52,779 bases of DNA. Source: Octopus sinensis. Taxonomy: Eukaryota. The stretch is taken from NCBI RefSeq assembly GCF_006345805.1, contig NW_021834447.1, positions 1-52,779 of the forward strand. The letters run 5' to 3'. The notes below the pieces were generated by a model. It was not told the DNA's origin, did not search any database, and worked only from the letters and a program-made list of their open reading frames with translations. Each line of letters starts with the position of its first letter. Positions within the stretch are counted from its first letter, which is position 1. Made by a program: the position numbers and the translations under genes. This document shows, piece after piece, positions 35,287-51,122 of this stretch.

Positions 35287-36290
35287 TATTATATAATAAT
35301 ATATATATATATAAGCATATGCAATAAATCTGAAATATCCAAACTTGCATTACAAATACATAATATATACATACAAGCTCTTACATACATATATACAAAC
35401 ACATACACATACACGCACATATATTAACATATAAACTCCTACATTAATACACATTATTAAAAACATGAAGTAGTCAACATATATATATATATATATATAG
35501 GTACATACAGAAATGTAAATATATATATAACACGCATCCCAAATTTATTCCAAGTATTATGATCAATCGATTTTTCCTCCTCCTCTCACCCTCCTAAATC
35601 TCACCAACACACATCACAACTTTCATCAAATTTTTGCAATTCAACCGCCTCTGTCATTTGACCCTTTTTGGCCTCAAACAATACTTAACAAAACTCAACT
35701 ACTAGGAAAGTACCGGCCCGATTTTTTGTACTACTAACACTCTTAAACACTCCCTCGTACCTGAAATGTGTCCTTAAAAAGACCCCACGTGTTGTAATTT
35801 GAGATGGAATTGCTGTTTCATTAGTGTACCTGCTAGAAGAGGATACTCCTTCAACATTCAGATGAATTACTTATTTATTCACTTCGTTTACAATTAATCA
35901 TACGTTATCTTCTAGCTTTGAGATTTTGATTATGTGATTGCTTACTTTTAGAATAACTTTGCATGGTGGTTGTGAAAGGGCTGATGTGTTCAGTTTCAAC
36001 AGAAACAGGAAGAATATTTGGGCCCGACGTGGCCAGTGCCAATGCTAATGGGTTAACTGAAAATTACTGAAGTCAAAATAAAGCATAAAAACATTTTAGG
36101 TAATTTGGGGACACAAACTTATGAGGTCTTAACGGTGGTGAACCTTTTTATCCCATCCTAAATGCCGTTGAGGTGTCTGGACGATGGCCAATACATGGCC
36201 GATATAATATAATGAAAATCGTAACTTACCAAAGAATTGGTTTCACATCTGTTCGTAAGAGTTAGTGAATGTTTATATATATATATATTT

Positions 36291-36368
<78 letters not shown>

Positions 36369-37206
36369 TGCGTCATTTGTTTATTTACCATACATTTTTT
36401 CATTGAAGTAGCGGAACACAACGCACACAATTATGCATATATATATGTATGTGTGTGTGTATGTGTGTGTATGTGTGAGTATGTGTGTGTTTGCGGGTGT
36501 GTATATGTGTATAATAGCACACTCTTGTGCCTGGTGTAAGGTTGCATCCTGTTGATTCAAAATTGAAGCAATGGCATGCAACCTTATTCTACATTCCACC
36601 AGTAACAGCAACTAATTCTAAAGTTATTATTACTGCACACTGTTGCTTGAATTGAAACCGGCAGCATGTAACCTGATGCTAATGCTTGTGATATACATGC
36701 AGTAGAAATGCGTGTCGTTCACAGGTTTAAAATAACTAAATTGGATAGTATATATTGTATGCTACAAAATAAGTTTCCTCATGTGTAATTATTCGTTCTT
36801 ATTTTAATGTCTTTTACACAGAAAAAAAACGCGAAATAGTGAACTCGGAATTTTGGAACTAAGTGGAAGACAACGACTGTTTACCATAAAGAGTTTCCCG
36901 TTTTGCCGGACCATTCGATGTGGTTGACCAGAGCCTGGATTGTAGTACAATGCTTGAAAGTTGCGTCCCATGATTTGATTTTCCTCTCCCTTTATATTAT
37001 GTATATGTGTGTGTGAATGTATGTGTCTGCGTGTGTGTTTGTGTGTGTGAATATAAGTATATGTAAATGAATGTATATATGTGTGTATATACACATATAT
37101 ATATATCGATAGATAGAGATACACTGATTGATAGAGAGATAGATAAATAAAGATAGAGACAATGATTGATAGAGAGATAGCAAGACAGACACATGATAGA
37201 TTGATT

Positions 37207-37260
<54 letters not shown>

Positions 37261-37304
37261 CAGATAGATAGATAGATAGATAGATAGATGATAGATAGAT
37301 AGAT

Positions 37305-37343
<39 letters not shown>

Positions 37344-37372
37344 GGATAGATAGATAGACAGATAGATAGATG

Positions 37373-37403
<31 letters not shown>

Positions 37404-37413
37404 GGATAGATAA

Positions 37414-37476
<63 letters not shown>

Positions 37477-37477
<1 letters not shown>

Positions 37478-40400
37478 TTTCTTTATTGGCCACACAGGGC
37501 TGCACACAGATGGGACAAGTTACAAGGTAGAGCTTTTCTTTTGGGGGATGAAAAAAAGGGGTGGCGTAGGTTTTCGATCAAGAGGGATCGTAAAGGGGAG
37601 AAAAGAACCAAAAAAAAAGAAAAAAAGAAAAAAATAGAATAAAAAATACAAAGAATAAAAGAAAAAAAAGAAAGGGAAAGGAACAAAACAGAAGAGAAAT
37701 GAAAAAGAATAAAAAGGGGAAAAAGGGGAAGAGAAAAAAAAAAGGAACGATCAATAGGATCGTGTATCACAGTTTTATGATATATGGTGTAAAGGGGAAA
37801 GCAAGTAAGGTTTATCTGTGGAAGAAAAGCCTACGAAAAAGACCACGGTAACCTTGGTCAATATTGTTATATGTTACCACATTTGTTTTTGCAAGTGGGT
37901 AACCCTCTGTTTTCAATTTCTGGGTTCATAGGATTATGCTCAAGTGGCTTCGTCATTCATACGTGCCATCCTTGCTACATTCACCCATCTTTTTTTAAAA
38001 CATTCGCTAGACAAAACTTGCCTCTCTACTCTCACTTTCCTTTTCAAGTGGTACTTGAAGAAGTTGATGAGAGATTGACCAGAGAGGAAAGTGTTTGTCT
38101 CCAATCCTTTCAGACGCGTCCACCAGATACATTCTTTCGCCATAGCCACAAGGATGATGAAAATAGCTCTTCCTTCCCGTTTGAAGGAGGAGGCGTGACA
38201 ATATTGACGATAGACTCAGCTGATAAACCGACTCGTCCCACACGACAGCAGTTGTTCGACACAAGCCCACAGGTCGGAATTGTTGGACACTGCACGAGTG
38301 CGTGCAGAACGGTTTCGTCGCTCTGACCGCATCTCGGGCAGGTCGGCCCCGTGTTTCTCGAGCCGTGTCTGTAGAGCTTATCCCGAACGGGTAGCGCTTC
38401 TCGGTAACACTGCCAGGCCAGGGATCTCTGGAAGTTGTCCATGGGCCCTGGCCAAAGTCGTCCTGAACAGGCGGGTCAGGTTCTCCTCGTCGACGTCCAG
38501 GTTCGCCCCGAGCTCGTCGTCGTACCTCCCCTCCACTAATCCCCTATAGAATGCTTTGGTTGTGTTGAAGTCACTCAAGGTCGACCCAGGACGGCAGAGT
38601 TGCTTGAGAGCAACGCGACACTCGCGGTGCCATTCGCCCTTCCTCGGCCTCTTTTTATCCACGACTGCAGTTCGGTCATGGAGACGAGCTGCGGGAAAGC
38701 GTGCCTCACAAACGGCGACCACACCTGTTCACCGTCGTCTACATAGAGCCAGAGATGTCGCAGTCTCAGCGCGTGTCTGCGCATCATCAACCACGGCATG
38801 CCCAGCCCTCCTTTTAATGGATGTTGACAGCAAATGGATCGCCTGACCATCGGGACGCATCCTTTCCACAAGAAGCGAAAGAGAATGCGTTGTAGTTTGG
38901 TGATGGTAGGGTCGGGACAAGGTACGACGGTCAGGCGGTAGTAGATGACGGACGCGATGTACGTGTTCGCCACCTCCGCCCGACCTTTTAGGGACAGTTT
39001 CCTCTCGGCCCATTGCCGGCCGAGAGTGACCACCCTACTCGTTATCTCGTTCCAGTTCTTCTCCACTTGGAGGTCCGGACCAAACCAGACCCCGAGCAAC
39101 TCAACCGGGCCGTCGGTCCAGCGTCCCACGACGGAGGCGCTGGTGGACGGCATGGGCTTGCTTCTCCAGGTGCCTAGTCGCAAGCCCACTGACTTTTCCC
39201 GGTTGATTTTCGCTCCTGTCACCGCTTCGTAGTTTTTCAGTGTCTCGCCGACCTGCTCGATGTGCTCGTGGCTAGACACTATGACGGTGACGTCGTCCGC
39301 GTATGCAGACACGCTCGTCCCGCATCCCAGTTCTCGCGGGATGCCCCTCAAAGTTGCCAGCTTCCGCAATAATGGCTCGAGAGTCAATACGTATAGAAGC
39401 GACGAGAGGGGGCATCCCTGACGGACCGAACGTGCGATGTCGAAGGGTCTCGATAGATGTCCATTCACGCGAATTACCGAACGGATGCCTCTGTACAAAG
39501 CGGCTATCCAGCCGCGGAAGACGGGACCGAAGCCAGCCGCTCTGAGGACCGCCTCCAAGTATCGATGGTCTACCCTATCGAAAGCTTTCGATTGATCCAA
39601 ATTGATCAGCGCCCCACCCATGCCAGGTTCGTTAACTACCCTGTCTATGATGTAGCGCATCAGGTGGAGGTTGTCATGGATGGTCCGGCCTGGCACGGCG
39701 CATGTTTGCGCCTTGTCGCCCAGTTTCTCGATGACAAGCGCCAACTTCTCTGGCTAGCACCTTGGCCAAAATTTTCAAGTCTGCATTAAGCAGAGTGATG
39801 GGCCTAAAGTTATCTATTACATTTCCCTTGTTTAGATCTTTCTTCAGCAGTGTTACGGTTCCTCGGCTCACAAAACCAGGAATGCTCCCGTTTTGCTGCC
39901 AGTTGCAGTACACCGCCGCCAAGAGATCTCCAAACAAGTCTGGCATACAATTGTAAAGCTCGTAGGGTAGACCATCCAAACCCGGTGATTTGTATCTCGA
40001 GCATTCTGCCATCGCGTCCTGCACTTCCGCCGCCGTGATAGCACCTTCGCAGCACCCTGCCTTTCTTGTCGAGAGTCGTGGTAGGCTATGTAGGTAGGCA
40101 CTGAAGTCCACCCTACGTTCTTGCCCTCCACTCGTCCCGAACAGTCGGGCAAAATGCTGCTGAAAGGCCTCACACATTTTACTTGGCTCGAGCAATTCGC
40201 GCCCCTGTTCATCTACCAGGGACCGAATGGTGGCTTTGTTGCCCTGTTGCGCCTCTGCCACCCGGGCCTCTCTCGCGGCTCCAACACCTTCGTTCCTTAG
40301 AGCACGCATCCTAGCTCTGACAGCACATCCTTCGTGTTTGGCGTTGAAGTGTTGGTCGAGGGCCAACCTCGCCGCCAAAACGTCGGATGCGATGCCGCTT

Positions 40401-40872
40401 CTAATTGCCTCTTCTAGCTTCTTAACTAGCTCACCCTCTACTCTATTTCTATCTATGGCTAGTGCTTTGCTGTACCTAATCGCTTCTGCTTTTACTGCTC
40501 TCTTGAGGGCAAACCACCATTTGTTGTTGATGATGGCTCCCGTCAAAGCCCTCTTTACTAGTGTGCTAATCTGGTCTCTGAAAACCTGTCTCGATGGGAA
40601 AGACGCGTTTAGTTTCCAGTATCCGGGACCCTGCCTAAGTGTCTTACCTAAGTCTAGCGTACATGTCACAAGTTTGTGATCCGTGTAGCTGACTATGTGG
40701 AATTGTGGACATCCTATGCTATCTCTGTCTACTGTCCTACACAGTATCCTATCTAGATACGATCTCGACGACCCGATGCGGTTGCACCATGTCCACGTTG
40801 GCGCATTCGGGTGGTCTAGTCGGAACCTGTCAGACAGTTGAAAGCGTCTGAGCAGGTCTCTGAGGCATTTGC
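37477..40872 (-). mobile_element. Tx1-clade LINE, copy B, with (GATA)n on both sides (~37110-37477, 40873-41272)
   Basis: ORF pieces 39674-41266, 38575-39744, 38110-38442 and 37940-38149. Its frameshifts differ from copy A. Confidence 0.92.
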
Positions 40873-40965
40873 AGATAGATAGATAGATAGAGAGATAGAG
40901 AGATAGATAGATAGATAGATAGATAGATGGATAGATAGATAGATAGATGGATAGATAGATATATT

Positions 40966-41067
<102 letters not shown>

Positions 41068-41082
41068 CAGATGAATAGATAG

Positions 41083-41215
<133 letters not shown>

Positions 41216-41834
41216 GAGATAGAGAGATAGATAGATGATCGATTGATTGATCGATAGATAGATCATTTTCTATTGTTGCATCCTTTAAAATTTCAGGAAC
41301 ACAAACCATAGAGCTTCAATTCCCGTTCGCAGTCTTCGATGAGATCCGTCAATTCTAATTTATGGCGTGGAATTTAAACCAGAGCTGTAAACAATCCCTT
41401 ATGTTTGTCATCCATTGGGCTACGCCTATGCTGGGGCACTGCCTTAAAGTGTTTTTGTCGAACAAATCGACCCCAGTATTTGTTGTTAAGCCTGCTGCGT
41501 ATTCTCGCGGTCCCTTCCGCTGATTTGCCTACGGTTACGCAACTTTATACTTTTGATTTCTTTATTATTAATTAACAGAAAAACGAAAAACATGAATGCA
41601 ATTATCATCAGCGGCAGGCAATTCTGCATCAGACGTAAATGCTTTGGAAATGATGTGGTAAAAACGTGAAAAGTTTCAAGTGGTTGTAAGGAATTTAACA
41701 AGATTCCGATCGGCCAAATTACTGGGACGTGAAAAAACCAGAACCTGTTTCCAAGCGGTCATGGTGGATGAACTGAAACACATACACATATACATACACA
41801 CGCTCACATATACATAGATATATACATATATGTA

Positions 41835-41897
<63 letters not shown>

Positions 41898-42052
41898 TAT
41901 ATATACATGTGTGTATATATAACAAAGTGAGTTTGGGGCTACCAATAAATATATATAATTGAAATATAGTATAAAATCTTGTCGAGGATTTATCAAGTAG
42001 TTAGCGTGAGAAACCTCATAACGGAAAATTTATTAATTATTCCCTATAAATA

Positions 42053-42416
42053 TATTTATTTATATTAAGGGCATTACTATACACAAATGCCTCACGCTAG
42101 GAGGGTCTCTTGAAGTCAAAACTACTATAATGCCCACATTGTACCGAACGCGAGGGAATGCAACTCTCAAAGCGAGCCTCCAGAAACAGACGTAGCTGAA
42201 CATCATATGATTTCGTAATTAGTGCACAAAATGCACTTTTCACTCATCAGCGCAAGCATCGTCAAGACATATAAAAATAAACAGAAATCAACGTACCACA
42301 CGAACACATATATCCTTGCATTTGATTCAATGTGGTTATTATAGTAGTATTGACTTCAAGAGTCCCTCTTAGCGCGGAACATTTCTATATAGTAATGCCC
42401 TTAATATAAATAAATA
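42053..42416. mobile_element. MITE-like element, copy B
   Basis: Offset 29063. Confidence 0.75.
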
Positions 42417-42441
42417 CATGTATATATACATATACATATAT

Positions 42442-42522
<81 letters not shown>

Positions 42523-42529
<7 letters not shown>

Positions 42530-43233
42530 TGGCAGGGCTGGCCTGCTAGGTAGCCGGCCAGAATGCTAGAAGAAGATCATCAACGATCAAACTACAAGGG
42601 AAATTCTCTAGAGGAAGAATTCAGCGAACACCAGAACCAACTTTGGCGGGCAGGACATATGAAAAATTAAATAAATAACAGACTTAAATGCATACCTCGG
42701 TTTCGGTCTTAACAAAAGAATTACTTGCACTGGACTACTGGTTTTAAATTGATATTAAAATTAATATTAATTTATCTCCCTCAATTTTTAAATATTTAAA
42801 TAAATACGTTCCCTAGTTGTAAGCACTATCCGCAGTGAATTATTCACTGCAGCCCTTCGCTTCAGGAGTCTCTCAGCGCGCCAGAACCAAGACATTTGAA
42901 ATTTTATTCCCGATGTAATCAGTAAGACTAAGCACGTGTCTGTCTTGACACAGAGAGCTGGGGTTAGTCTTGCAGTTTGCATCACGAGGACCGAATGTAC
43001 TGAAGAAGTCACGGACACTTGAATTATGCAAGTAATTCTTTTGTTAAGACCGAAACCGAGGTATGCATTTAAGTCTGTTATTTATTTAATTTTTCATATG
43101 TCCTGCCCGCCAAAGTTGGTTCTGGTGTTCGCTGAATTCTTCCTCTAGAGAATTTCCCTTGTAGTTTGATCGTTGATGATCTTCTTCTAGCATTCTGGCC
43201 GGCTACCTAGCAGGCCAGCCCTGCCAATATACA
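42523..43233. repeat. 207-bp foldback, copy B
   Basis: Offset 29063. Confidence 0.9.
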
Positions 43234-43371
43234 CATATATTTGAATTTTCTCTGACTCCTCAGATTTTTTGAATGCTGGACTACTGGTTTTAAATTGATA
43301 TTAAAATTAATATTAATTTATCTCCCTCAATTTTTAAATATTTTATATATATATATATATATTATATATAT

Positions 43372-43403
<32 letters not shown>

Positions 43404-44292
43404 GACGTGCGTATGTATATGTGTTTATATATATACATACATATTCATATATATATATATTATTTTCTACTTTAAATACAGGTGTTCACTATATATAGAA
43501 ACACTTCGAAGTGCTGAAGAGATTAGAACTTGAGACTTTAGATATGTAAAGAAACGACAAGCAAGCTAGATATTTATTTACATTTACATATGAAGATACA
43601 TTGAATGGAAAACAAAAAGGTAAATGTGTATGGATATTAAGAAGACAGTCTAATTTTCAGATAAAACAGTATCACAAATAGTATAGGTAGAGTTTTAAAT
43701 GTTCTACGGCCGTTTTAGGGATCTTTGTGGTCCTGATATATGACAGATATCAGGGTCCATTGTTGGATAACATCACCTCTCCGGGGGAAGAATTTTATTT
43801 TAAAGATTTTCCATTTAAAGTGTTGACATAATAGAGGTTAAAGACTGATTGATTTTATAATGGGTTACATTTATTAGGAGGGGGAGTTAGGGATGTTTAG
43901 ACAGAGAATAGTTGCAAGATGGAGAAAATAGATTTCAAGATCATAACCGACTGATGGTGGAGAGTGGTAGGAAGTGGTTTAGTCTATGTCGAATTTAAAT
44001 TAGTGAAAAAAGGATGGACCTAAGCGGTTCGATATCAGATAAGGGTATGAGAGGGAGATTATAACTTCTATTCTAGGCTTTCCATCCGACTCATTTACCT
44101 CAGAAAATCTGACTTTGGTCGAATTAGTTAATGCATTATTGACCGTATTATACACCGTGTCAGGAATAACGTTGAGCTCCCGCTATGTAATTGCACTTGA
44201 GATGTTATTTTTGGTTTCCCTCTTTCCACCATAAACGCACGAATTTCCTTCAGTTTGACATGTCAAATTATTGCAATATTTACAATGGACAA

Positions 44293-44503
44293 GGCACCGA
44301 GTTGGCAGAAACGTTTGCACGCAGGGCAAAATGATTAGCGTTCTGTTTTGACGTTCTGAGCTCAAAATTCTGCCGATTTCGACTTTACCTTTCATCCTTT
44401 CGGGTTTGAAACATTAAGTACCCGTTGCATCGTGTGGTCGATCTAATCAATTGGGCCCTACCCCAAAATTTCGGGCGTTGTGACTAGAGTAGAAAAGAAT
44501 ATT
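44293..44503 (+). mobile_element. SINE, copy B of 15230-15440
   Basis: Offset 29063. Confidence 0.65.
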
Positions 44504-44607
44504 TACAATCGAAGGACAGGTGTCCTCATCTTGTTAGTTGTTACTACAACGTTTCGGATGAGGAATTCTCCAGTCTTCTTCAGATGTCCTGTTAACAATA
44601 AAGTGTA

Positions 44608-46293
44608 GACATCTACCCGTCCAATTCAAATATCATACATAATTCCTCAACTCTAAATTATAAAACAGTATCAAATGATTACCCGTCAATATCACAAATA
44701 CTTTTGGATAAAGCCTTAATATTTGCCCGAAATTATGCTACCATCCGCAGATCGGATATGAATATCACTCTGGCAATGAAGAAAACTTTAATTCAATTTA
44801 AGTGTAATTATTGAACGCCCAACGAATCTATGGATTACTTCGATATAACAATGGAATCATCGGACTCCGCCCACGCACAGACCTTGTGGGCTTGTTCCTC
44901 ATCCCCCAGATTAAACAATGCTTCCCCAACATAACCGGCGGACAATAGAGGGATGATGCAAATTCTTGCAGTAACTGGATTAACTGAACCTTCAGTAGAG
45001 CACACAAGGACAGCCCTACGCAAACTCTCCAACATCTTCATCCTAAGTATTTCATTCGAAATTGATACCAATATTTTGGACGTTAATCTTTAATTAAGCA
45101 CTAACTTATACCGTCCTTTCTATAAACCCAACCAATCTTTACAATACTTAAATGTCCTCTCTAATCATCCAAAACTTATCCCCTTTTAGCCTATATACAT
45201 GTCTATCATTATAATCAGGCCCTCAAAATGAACAGAATTACCTATTATATCAATAACGCGAAGCTTAAAACTGAAATAGCAAATCTCTTCCACTGATTCA
45301 AAGGCCATTACTTCAACTCGACACCAATCCAGCAACTCCCAAAAAAGACTCACCTTAACTTCTTCGCATCACTGGCCACCTCGAGCCTATAACAACAACA
45401 AACCTCCATTTTCGAATCAGCGAACTTCATCCACACATTGTAAACAATCAAAGGCTAGGAAACGCGAACTCCTATGGTTTGTATCACCGTTCTCGTTCCA
45501 AGTTAAATCTCTAGCAAAATTATTTTTCAAAATTATAAAATCTAATTGTTGTCCACAACGTAAACAATCTTATCCTCTATTTAATAAATCATCAGTGAAG
45601 ATCTCCTACTCTACTGCACCTAACAATAGTTATATATATAACTATATATAACTATATAATAACCTCCTGGAAAAAAACATAAACTCCAACACCAGTCCTC
45701 TAAGTATCTCATCTCTTGCACTGCATTCTACAACCCTATCTACGAGACGACAAATATTAGTTCCATTACAACCTCCCAATCCGATACTAATATAAATCCT
45801 AATTTAGATTCTCCCCACTAACAACAAACCACCCAACATCAACATTACTATTAGTAAACCCCAACCACTTGTAACTGTCGCGCTTCTGAAATATACGGTA
45901 TGCAGACACCTGTCTCCTCAAAAGCGTAATCTATAAGTGTCACGTGAGGACCCCATGCACCCACCAGGCAAAGGTGTATATTTATGGCACTGAGGATTTT
46001 GAATGCCGTTGTCGTGCTCATATGTATTCTTTCACTAATCCCAAATCTAAACTATTTCAATCTTTAGCAACACACATATACAACCTCAATTCAAAACAAT
46101 GTCCAATACGCTCTATCGTGGTCCATAGTATGTGAAGCTCCCCTCTACAACACACATATATAGGGAAATGTATATTATGTATAAAAGAGTCATTAACTAT
46201 TCTTCGCCTCCACAACTCCTCGCTGTTAAATTCTCTGACGTTATTTATTCATGTAAGCATAAATACTGCCCGACATTCATGCACTCCACTAAT
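44608..46293 (+). mobile_element. Decayed Penelope-like element, copy B
   Basis: Offset 29063. Confidence 0.85.
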
Positions 46294-47321
46294 TCTAAAT
46301 AATCCTATAGCAAGCCCCCAGGCCCATCAAAGCTCTAACGTAAAACAAGAGTCAACCTGACAATCGACAAGTCAACACAATTTATTCCAAGTATTATGAT
46401 CAATCGCTTTTTCATCCCCCTCTCAGCCTCCTAAATCTCACCAACACACATCACAAATTTCTTCAAAGTTTTGCAATTCAACCGCCTCTACTGTCATTTG
46501 ACCCTTCTCGGCCTCAAGCAACACTTAACAAAACTCAACTACTAAGAAAAATACCGACCCGATTTTTTGTACTACTAACATTCTTAACCACTCCCTCGTA
46601 CCTGAAATGTGTCCTTAAAAAAGACCCCACTTGTAATTTGAGATGGAATTGCTGTTTCATTAGTGTACCAGCTAGAAGGGGATATTCCTTCAACATTCAG
46701 ATGAATTACTTATTTCTTCACAACGTTTACAATTAATCATACGTTATCTTCTAGCTTTGAGATTTTGATTATGTGATTGCTTAATTTTAGAATAACATTG
46801 CATGGTGGTTGTGAAAGGGCTGATCTGTTCAGTTTCAACAGAAATCAGGAAGAATATTTGGGCCCGACGTGGCCAATGCCAATGCCAATGCTAATTTTGT
46901 TGCAATGCTAATGCCATTGCAACAAAATTTTTGACGTATGTATATATATATATATCTCCCTCTCTATAACACGCACGATCAAACACACACACACAAATTT
47001 CACACCTTACTACTAAGTATATTTGACGTTTGTCTCCCTCACACACACAATAACACATACACACACAGACACAAATGAACTTATATTCACACTCATACAC
47101 ATACACAAACACTCGCACTCATTAACACAAGCACACACCCGCACATCCCCATACATACAACATACATATTGTCCCCTACTCATTTTTACTACTGCCTCCT
47201 TCTACCCATTTTTGAAGCCATTGCTTATAACGGAATATTTTTATAAAAAACACTCATTATCACTGTGGTCACCATATAGGCAATTATCAAAAATTTTGTT
47301 CCTCTTGTGGCTGAAAGAGGC

Positions 47322-47418
47322 TCCTTATCTTTCCTGATGAGAAGATGGCATAATGCCCCATTTATTCCTTCGGAATTAAAAGTATGCCGTCTTCGAAACA
47401 TCTGTCGAGAGTAAAGGA
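47322..47418 (+). ncRNA. Type I hammerhead ribozyme, copy B
   Basis: Identical to 18255-18351. CTGATGA 47334-47340; predicted cleavage after 47406. Confidence 0.85.
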
Positions 47419-47470
47419 ATTTTGTTAAAATCTTCGTTCGACTCCATTCTTTCATTTATTCATATATATA

Positions 47471-47534
<64 letters not shown>

Positions 47535-47553
47535 ATACATTCATGCACATTTG

Positions 47554-47595
<42 letters not shown>

Positions 47596-48779
47596 CCGAA
47601 TCACTGAAGTATGAAATATTATTAGAAGAAATTTACCAAAAACTTTCAACCATGATAAAAAATGATTGCCTTGCTGATGCCTTCCATGAAATGGCACAGA
47701 AGACGCAAATCTACATAGAAACACTTTATTCCCTTCTTACATACCAACAACAAAATGAGAACCAAAGCAGAACTCCAGAAACTGATATCCACAACCTAAA
47801 TTCAACCACACAAAACGTACTAAAAGAAATGAATGAACTCAGCTTGGAAAAAGGAGACATACAAAAAGAGAAATCAAATGAAAAACATCCGGGTTAAGAT
47901 ATTAAATAAAAGAAAACAAGCATATTGCTGAGCCCTAAACAATGAAAACCTAGCCAACACTTATGAACAGTGGAGGGGCAAAGAAAAAGTAATACTCTCA
48001 AGAAACTTTCGTATCAAAGAAATAACGTCAGAAGCAAAGGAAGAAACAAAAATATTTGAGAAAAATCGTTTAAAAGCGACATTAACCGGAAATGATCAAA
48101 ATATTGTTATACGATCAGACGACAGATTTTTCATGTTTTAGAATCATCTCACTTTTGCTCGATAACTATTGATCATCGATCTCTTCCCAAATACAACGTC
48201 CAAAGTCAACATAAAAATGAATTACATTTCTAAATTCTTTGTTAGACCCTCCAGTGTTCACATTGTCATCCACCATTCTCTTCGTGAGGAATCTCTGAAG
48301 TTTAAGCTGGATGTGCTAGAAATAGCAGCCAAATATTTTCTGTGAGCAGACGATAGAATCATTAACGATACTGTCACTTCAGAAAATCACGTTATCAATA
48401 ACGATAATAATTTACATGGTATATATAATGATTGACATGGAAGCAAACGATACAAATTCATTTAACAATTGTTCGTTTCACAAAATTACGTTTGTGAAAT
48501 AAAGTTTATGATAGAGAAATTATAACAATTCTGAAGAGGAGTTAAAGGTTTTAGCAGCTTTAAAGTTATGGGAAAAGAATTTTCGTTATCAAAGTAGCAA
48601 TATTTTATACGAATGAAGGATGACAGGCGAGGATTTTGTGGTATGAAGGGTCTTCAAGTGTATATGTCCTGGTCTGTGTGTGTGTGTGTGTGTGTGTGTT
48701 TGTGCGTGTGTGTGTGTGATGCACTGAGATATATAACGATTATAATAATTGACACATAATTATATTCCAAACTTCTATA

Positions 48780-49198
48780 GGCGCGGGAGTGGCTGTGTGG
48801 TAAGTAGCTTGCTTACCAACCACATGGTTCCGGGTTCAGTCCCACTGCGTGGCACTTTGGGCAAGTGTTTTCTACTATAGCCTCGGGCCGACTAAAGCCT
48901 TGTGAGTGGATTTAGTAGACGGAAACTGAAAGAAGCCCGTTGTATATATGCATATATATATATATATATATATCCGTGTGTGTGTTTGTGTGTCAGTGTT
49001 TGTCTCCCCCCCCCAACATCGCTTGACAACCGATGCTGGAGTGTTTACGTCCCTGTAAGTTAGCGGTTCGGCAAAAGAGACCGATAGAAGAAGTACTAGG
49101 CTTACAAAGAATAAGTCCTGGTGTCGATTTACTCGACTAAAGGCGGTGCTCCAGCATGGCCACAGTCACATGACTGAAACAAGTAAAAGAGTAAAAAA
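48780..49198 (+). mobile_element. SINE, copy B of 19667-20090
   Basis: Direct match. Confidence 0.85.
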
Positions 49199-49410
49199 GA
49201 GAGAGAGAGAGCTCATCTGCACCCAAAACTTCAATAGCTTGATGTCCTATTTTCATAGGAGTGAGGCGAAGAGGGAGGGGAAGACATGCAGGGGTCTCTA
49301 AACTGTTTAATGTATTTCTATCTCAGATAGTCTCCAGTATTCTGGATGCCTTCTGCAAAAAGTGAAAGATAAAAATAAATTGAAAATATAAAGCTAATTG
49401 TCTGCCGGTA

Positions 49411-49480
<70 letters not shown>

Positions 49481-49604
49481 TGTGTGTGTTTGTGTGTGAT
49501 GCAATGAGATACATAACCATGCCTAAGTGTTTCTTTAATATAAAACTGAAGTGAATATTAATGATAATATTAAATGATAATATTAAATGACATAATTTTA
49601 CTGT

Positions 49605-50230
49605 GAAGGAGGTTTAGTCTTCAATGTTTTCAATCTCATCCACCACTCTAATTCTTTAGCCACCGGGCAGAAGAAACTGCTCTTCCTTCCCGGCCTAAAG
49701 AAGGTGGCGGAGCGATCTTTACAATCAACTCGGCGCATAAACTGGACGGACGAGTTCAGGACTATTTCATCGCCCTGCGCACAACCCCGATATATCCGTC
49801 CGACAACACTTTCGTATCTGTAGAGCTTGTCTTGAATCGGCAGAGCTCCCCGGTAGCACTGCCAGGCCAGGGATTCCTGGAAGTTAAAGACCAGTTAGTT
49901 GATTCACCCCACCAACGCCCAGAATTTACCCCGATTTCGTCGTTGTTCTTTCCCCTCTACTAATCCCCTATAGAAATCCATGGTGGAACGCCCGCGTTGC
50001 CCGACTGACAGAAAGCTGTGAGAGCTTGCCGACACTCCAGGTGCCAAGCGCCCTTTCTTGGCCAACGCTTGACTCAGTACTGTAGCTTCATCAATGAGAC
50101 GAGCTGCGGAAAGACCCACTTGACAAATAGTCAATCCCCATGCTCACCGTTAAAGAAACGCAGGAGATGTCGCGGTCTCAGCGCATGTCTGCAAATCATT
50201 ACCGACGGCATGTCCAGTACTCCACTGAGA
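49605..50230 (-). mobile_element. Tx1-like fragment, copy B
   Basis: Matches 20500-21125. Confidence 0.8.
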
Positions 50231-50269
50231 GGTTGTTGACAGCAGATATATACACTCTACACAATCATT

Positions 50270-50303
<34 letters not shown>

Positions 50304-50363
50304 ACACATACAAGCACAAATATACACACACATATACATAAAGATTTACACATATACATAAAG

Positions 50364-50904
50364 TTATGCCAACATTATGGAATAACAGAAAAAAGATGGT
50401 ATAGGCAGACACCAGAAAAGGTCACAGAAAACGACAAAGCAACCATACTCTGGGGTATGCCGAAACACACAGATAGAGAAATTAAGAACAACAGACCAGA
50501 TATAGTTGTCAGAGATCATGAAAAAAAAATGCTTTCTAATTGATGTATCAATACCGGCAGATGACAACGTGTCTCTAAAAGAAATGGAGAAACTTTCAAA
50601 ATACAAAGACCTGGAAATAGAGGTAACCCGAATGTGGAATCTAAAAACAGAAACAATTCCTATCATAGTAGGCGCATTAGGTATGATAAACAAATATTCA
50701 GACAAATACATAACAAAAACACCAGGACTTACAAACACATATAACATACAGAAAATTGCACTACTAGGCACTGCACACATCCTACGCAGAACACTTTCCA
50801 TACAATAACCATCAGAGCATCACAACAAATCACAGCACATACCCAAGGCACACAGAGCTGCGCTCGGTAGTGAAGTGAAAGCACGCTATAAAAAAAAACT
50901 ACTG
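50364..50904 (+). mobile_element. Short Dong-like 3' fragment, copy B
   Basis: ORF 50506-50808. Confidence 0.88.
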
Positions 50905-50952
50905 AATAATAATAATAATAAAAATAATAATAATAATAACAATAATAATAAA

Positions 50953-51034
<82 letters not shown>

Positions 51035-51039
51035 GTAAT

Positions 51040-51110
<71 letters not shown>

Positions 51111-51122
51111 TAATAATAATAA